Below are positions 63,179 through 64,000 of a stretch of 64,000 nt of DNA, piece by piece. The stretch's first letter is position 1. Every line of letters begins with the position of its first letter. Origin of the DNA: Phoronis australis (taxonomy: Eukaryota; Animalia; Phoronida); assembly GCA_002633005.1 (NCBI GenBank), contig NMRA01000247.1:524851-588850 (forward strand), written 5' to 3'. Under the pieces are notes generated by a model. It was not told the origin of the DNA. It worked only from the letters and a program-made list of their open reading frames with translations, and did no database searches. The position numbers were made by a program, and so were the translations under genes.

Positions 63179-63544
63179 TGTTGAACATATCAGATCTGGG
63201 GACAAATCGGCTGAAAATCAAATGATGCCAGTGCATCATCTATATCTGTGTTACATTTCATCGATAGCTGTTAAACAGATTTTTAGATATCAATCGAAAA
63301 CACTCTACGCTCTGATAACTGTATTGGAATGTGTTTATATCCTGTCGTTACATAATATGCTATCCTGTTGTTGTTTATGGTTTAGTGGTTCCTGTTTTGT
63401 AGTCAGTACTCTATTAGTCATATATTCCTAGAACCTATAGACTTCCTTTACATTTCTGTATATATTCTATTATTTGTTGATATCAATACACTTTTAGTTC
63501 GACAGCCAACTGGGCACAATCTTTGTTTTACTCACGACTTTTCA
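63179..63544 (+). mobile_element. 5' LTR of a Copia retrotransposon
   Basis: TGTTGAA...TTTTCA directly followed by a PBS. The left boundary is inferred from TG. Confidence 0.65.
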
Positions 63545-63562
63545 TGGTAGCAGAGCAAGGTT
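63545..63562 (+). promoter_or_regulatory. Primer-binding site complementary to initiator tRNA-Met
   Basis: TGGTAGCAGAGCAAGGTT vs the reverse complement of the animal tRNA-iMet 3' end TGGTAGCAGAGGATGGTT (16/18 match). Confidence 0.85.
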
Positions 63563-63565
63563 GAA

Positions 63566-63941
63566 ATGTCTTCAACTGTTAGCTACAAGAACCCACCTAG
63601 GTTTGGGGAAAACTATCAGGAGTGGAAGCAAGAGATAGAACTGTGGAAGAGGGTAACTGATTTACCTTGTGAAAAACAGGGCCTAGCGGTGAGTTTAACT
63701 CTCACAGGGAGAGCGAGGGAAACTGCACTGCAACTGGAGGCCAAGGACCTAGAGAAAAAAGACGGTCTAATAACACTAGTGGGAGAACTAGACAAGATCT
63801 ATCTTAAGGAGAGCAAGGACTATGCTTATGAAGCATACAAAAATTTTGACACCTTTATGCGTAAGGACGGTCAGCCAATTAGTGATTTTATTTGTGACTT
63901 TGACGGCTTAAATAAGAAGTGTCACAAATATGACATGTTTT
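63566..63941 (+). CDS. Copia (GalEa-like) Gag N-terminus, truncated at the N at 63942
   Basis: The ATG is 3 nt after the PBS. The ORF PPRFGENYQEWKQEIELWKRVTDL...QGLAVSLTLTGRARE...LDKIYLKE...AYEAYKNFDTFMR is open up to the N. Confidence 0.8.
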
Positions 63942-64000
63942 NTACGTATGCACGATTTCACAATTAAGTAAGTGACATTACTGTGAGTGCGAAGTTTGGA

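Overview
Eukaryotic, intron-rich and AT-rich animal DNA, most likely from a marine invertebrate such as a mollusc (inference). Nearly all entries in the ORF track are spurious; the real genes had to be rebuilt from splice sites. There are three host genes. (1) UTP15 on +, with 11 coding exons in view (641-12684) and its first exon upstream of the window. (2) GPN2 on -, 3 coding exons, 299 aa (15791-20260), convergent with UTP15. (3) A TNF-receptor-like single-pass membrane gene on - (about 38.8-53.6 kb) that the ORF track misses entirely. It is built from 19-84 nt micro-exons, probably uses GC-AG donors, has no visible death domain, and may end in -ESPV. The rest is nested mobile DNA: Kolobok-type TTAA elements (one with a THAP domain), a spliced degenerate hAT with a short derivative, Harbinger/ISL2EU-like elements, Helentron-associated HINE-like elements, Penelope, L1/Tx1 and RTE fragments, LTRs, and the 5' end of a Copia element with a tRNA-iMet PBS. 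The most striking non-genic pattern is about 30 co-oriented CTCF-like motifs spaced about 145-160 bp apart inside the HINE-type repeats (33.7-46.9 kb). All family assignments come from motif recognition by eye; no searches were run.
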